From contig NC_043011.1 in the NCBI RefSeq assembly GCF_006345805.1, positions 50,852,464 to 50,916,463 of the forward strand: a DNA stretch of 64,000 bases, read 5' to 3'. The stretch comes from Octopus sinensis. Taxonomy: Eukaryota. The notes under the pieces were generated by a model that was not told the origin of the DNA, searched no databases, and saw nothing but the letters and a program-made list of their open reading frames with translations. Both the position numbers and the translations under genes were made by a program. Below, one piece after another: positions 63,041 to 64,000 of the stretch (within the stretch, counting starts at the first letter, position 1; each line of letters starts with the position of its first letter).

Positions 63041-64000
63041 GAAACAGAAAGGAAGTCAATCAAACTGGTGGGGATGTGGAGCAGAAGACCCAGTTATTAC
63101 TTATGTAAGAGTAAGAACTAATTGAGAACATCCTGTCACAAGATTGGGGTGGGAGTGGGAATGCAGTGGTGGAGGGAACAACAACAACAGCAAGAATCTG
63201 AGGTGAAGACTGTGGTTGCTGCAGAGACTGAAGAAAGGTAGGAAATTGCAAAGAACAGTATAAGAAGAGGGGGATGGAGAAGTCCAGAATAAAAAAAGAA
63301 AAGAAAAGAAAAGAAAAAGCTGAAAGTCCTTCAAGAAGAGGTATTCACCATTCTGAGTGCAGGCATGAAAGCTAAAAGAGAACAAGCCACATGTTGTAAT
63401 GAAGGAAGTGACAGGGTTTCAATACCAGAAGTACCCAAATAATAAATAGCTGGTTGGTGAAGATCACATCAATAGTCCATTTACAGTCAAGAACAAGAGT
63501 GCTTAAGGATAATTCCAGATGATCCAGTTTGCAGAAGGTGTTTTACCCTTGTTTATTTTTCCATACAAATGTTTACACCTGTGTCAATACACGGTGCTAG
63601 GTTTTTGCCTCAATCCTATGTATCATATGTATGTGTTCATTCCCTCATTTTGTAACCTCTTTGTATTGAATGCATTAGTATTAATGACCAATGGAAGACT
63701 ACTACTACTGCTACTGCTACTACTAATGGGTGGCAACTTGGCAGAATTGTTAGGGCAGTGGAAAATGCACTTTATGCTGTTTGTTCTGGCACTTTACGTT
63801 GAGTTCAACCTTTCCTGACAATTTTGACCAATGCTCTTTCCTCAGAATTGCTGGCTTTGTATCTAAATCCTTACTAATAAGGTTGAAAGCTGGTAGCCTT
63901 GTTTGCTTAACATGTCAAACAAAATGCCCAGCAGCATTTCCTCTACTTCTATGTTCTGAGTTCACATTCCACTAAGATTAACTTTGCCTTTCATGTTTCT

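Noticed and set aside
63060-63251. Q/P/S-rich ORF behind a pyrimidine tract as candidate upstream SIN3 exon
   Set aside because: No similarity to the SIN3 N-terminus that I recognise, no good in-frame donor, and it borders decayed LINE sequence
1-64000. CRISPR arrays, rRNA or prokaryotic operon-like systems
   Set aside because: None seen; the window is intron-rich animal DNA and its periodic repeats are satellites without unique spacers

Overview
AT-rich, repeat-dense eukaryotic genomic DNA. The repeat landscape (tRNA-headed SINEs, RTE-tail SINEs, TTAA-MITEs) suggests an octopod cephalopod; this is inference. Two chromatin-regulator genes converge tail-to-tail. On the + strand is the last coding exon (3225-3835) of an NSD-family H3K36 methyltransferase (second half of PHD5 plus C5HCH, then a low-complexity tail). 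On the - strand are 22 GT-AG exons (52454 down to 18116) of the SIN3 co-repressor, which I joined by hand into one phase-consistent frame of 3567 nt (1188 aa plus stop) covering PAH1-3, the HID and the C-terminal domain. I could not find the SIN3 start-codon exon in the window. The spacer and introns hold several SINE families, piggyBac-like and mariner-like MITEs, two non-autonomous Helitrons, RTE and other LINE remnants, a decayed Tc1-like transposon with DD36E spacing, a 1.5-kb purine/pyrimidine satellite, several long inverted repeats, and a doubly deleted histone H4 relic inside a Helitron/RTE mosaic. Most ORFs in the supplied track are non-coding artefacts. I saw no clearly new multi-gene system. 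The best leads are the H4 relic, the DD36E transposon, the dsRNA-forming inverted repeats and a SIM-like motif at the NSD C-terminus. No database searches were run; family assignments are from recognition of motifs, and repeat boundaries are approximate unless a TSD or terminus is given.
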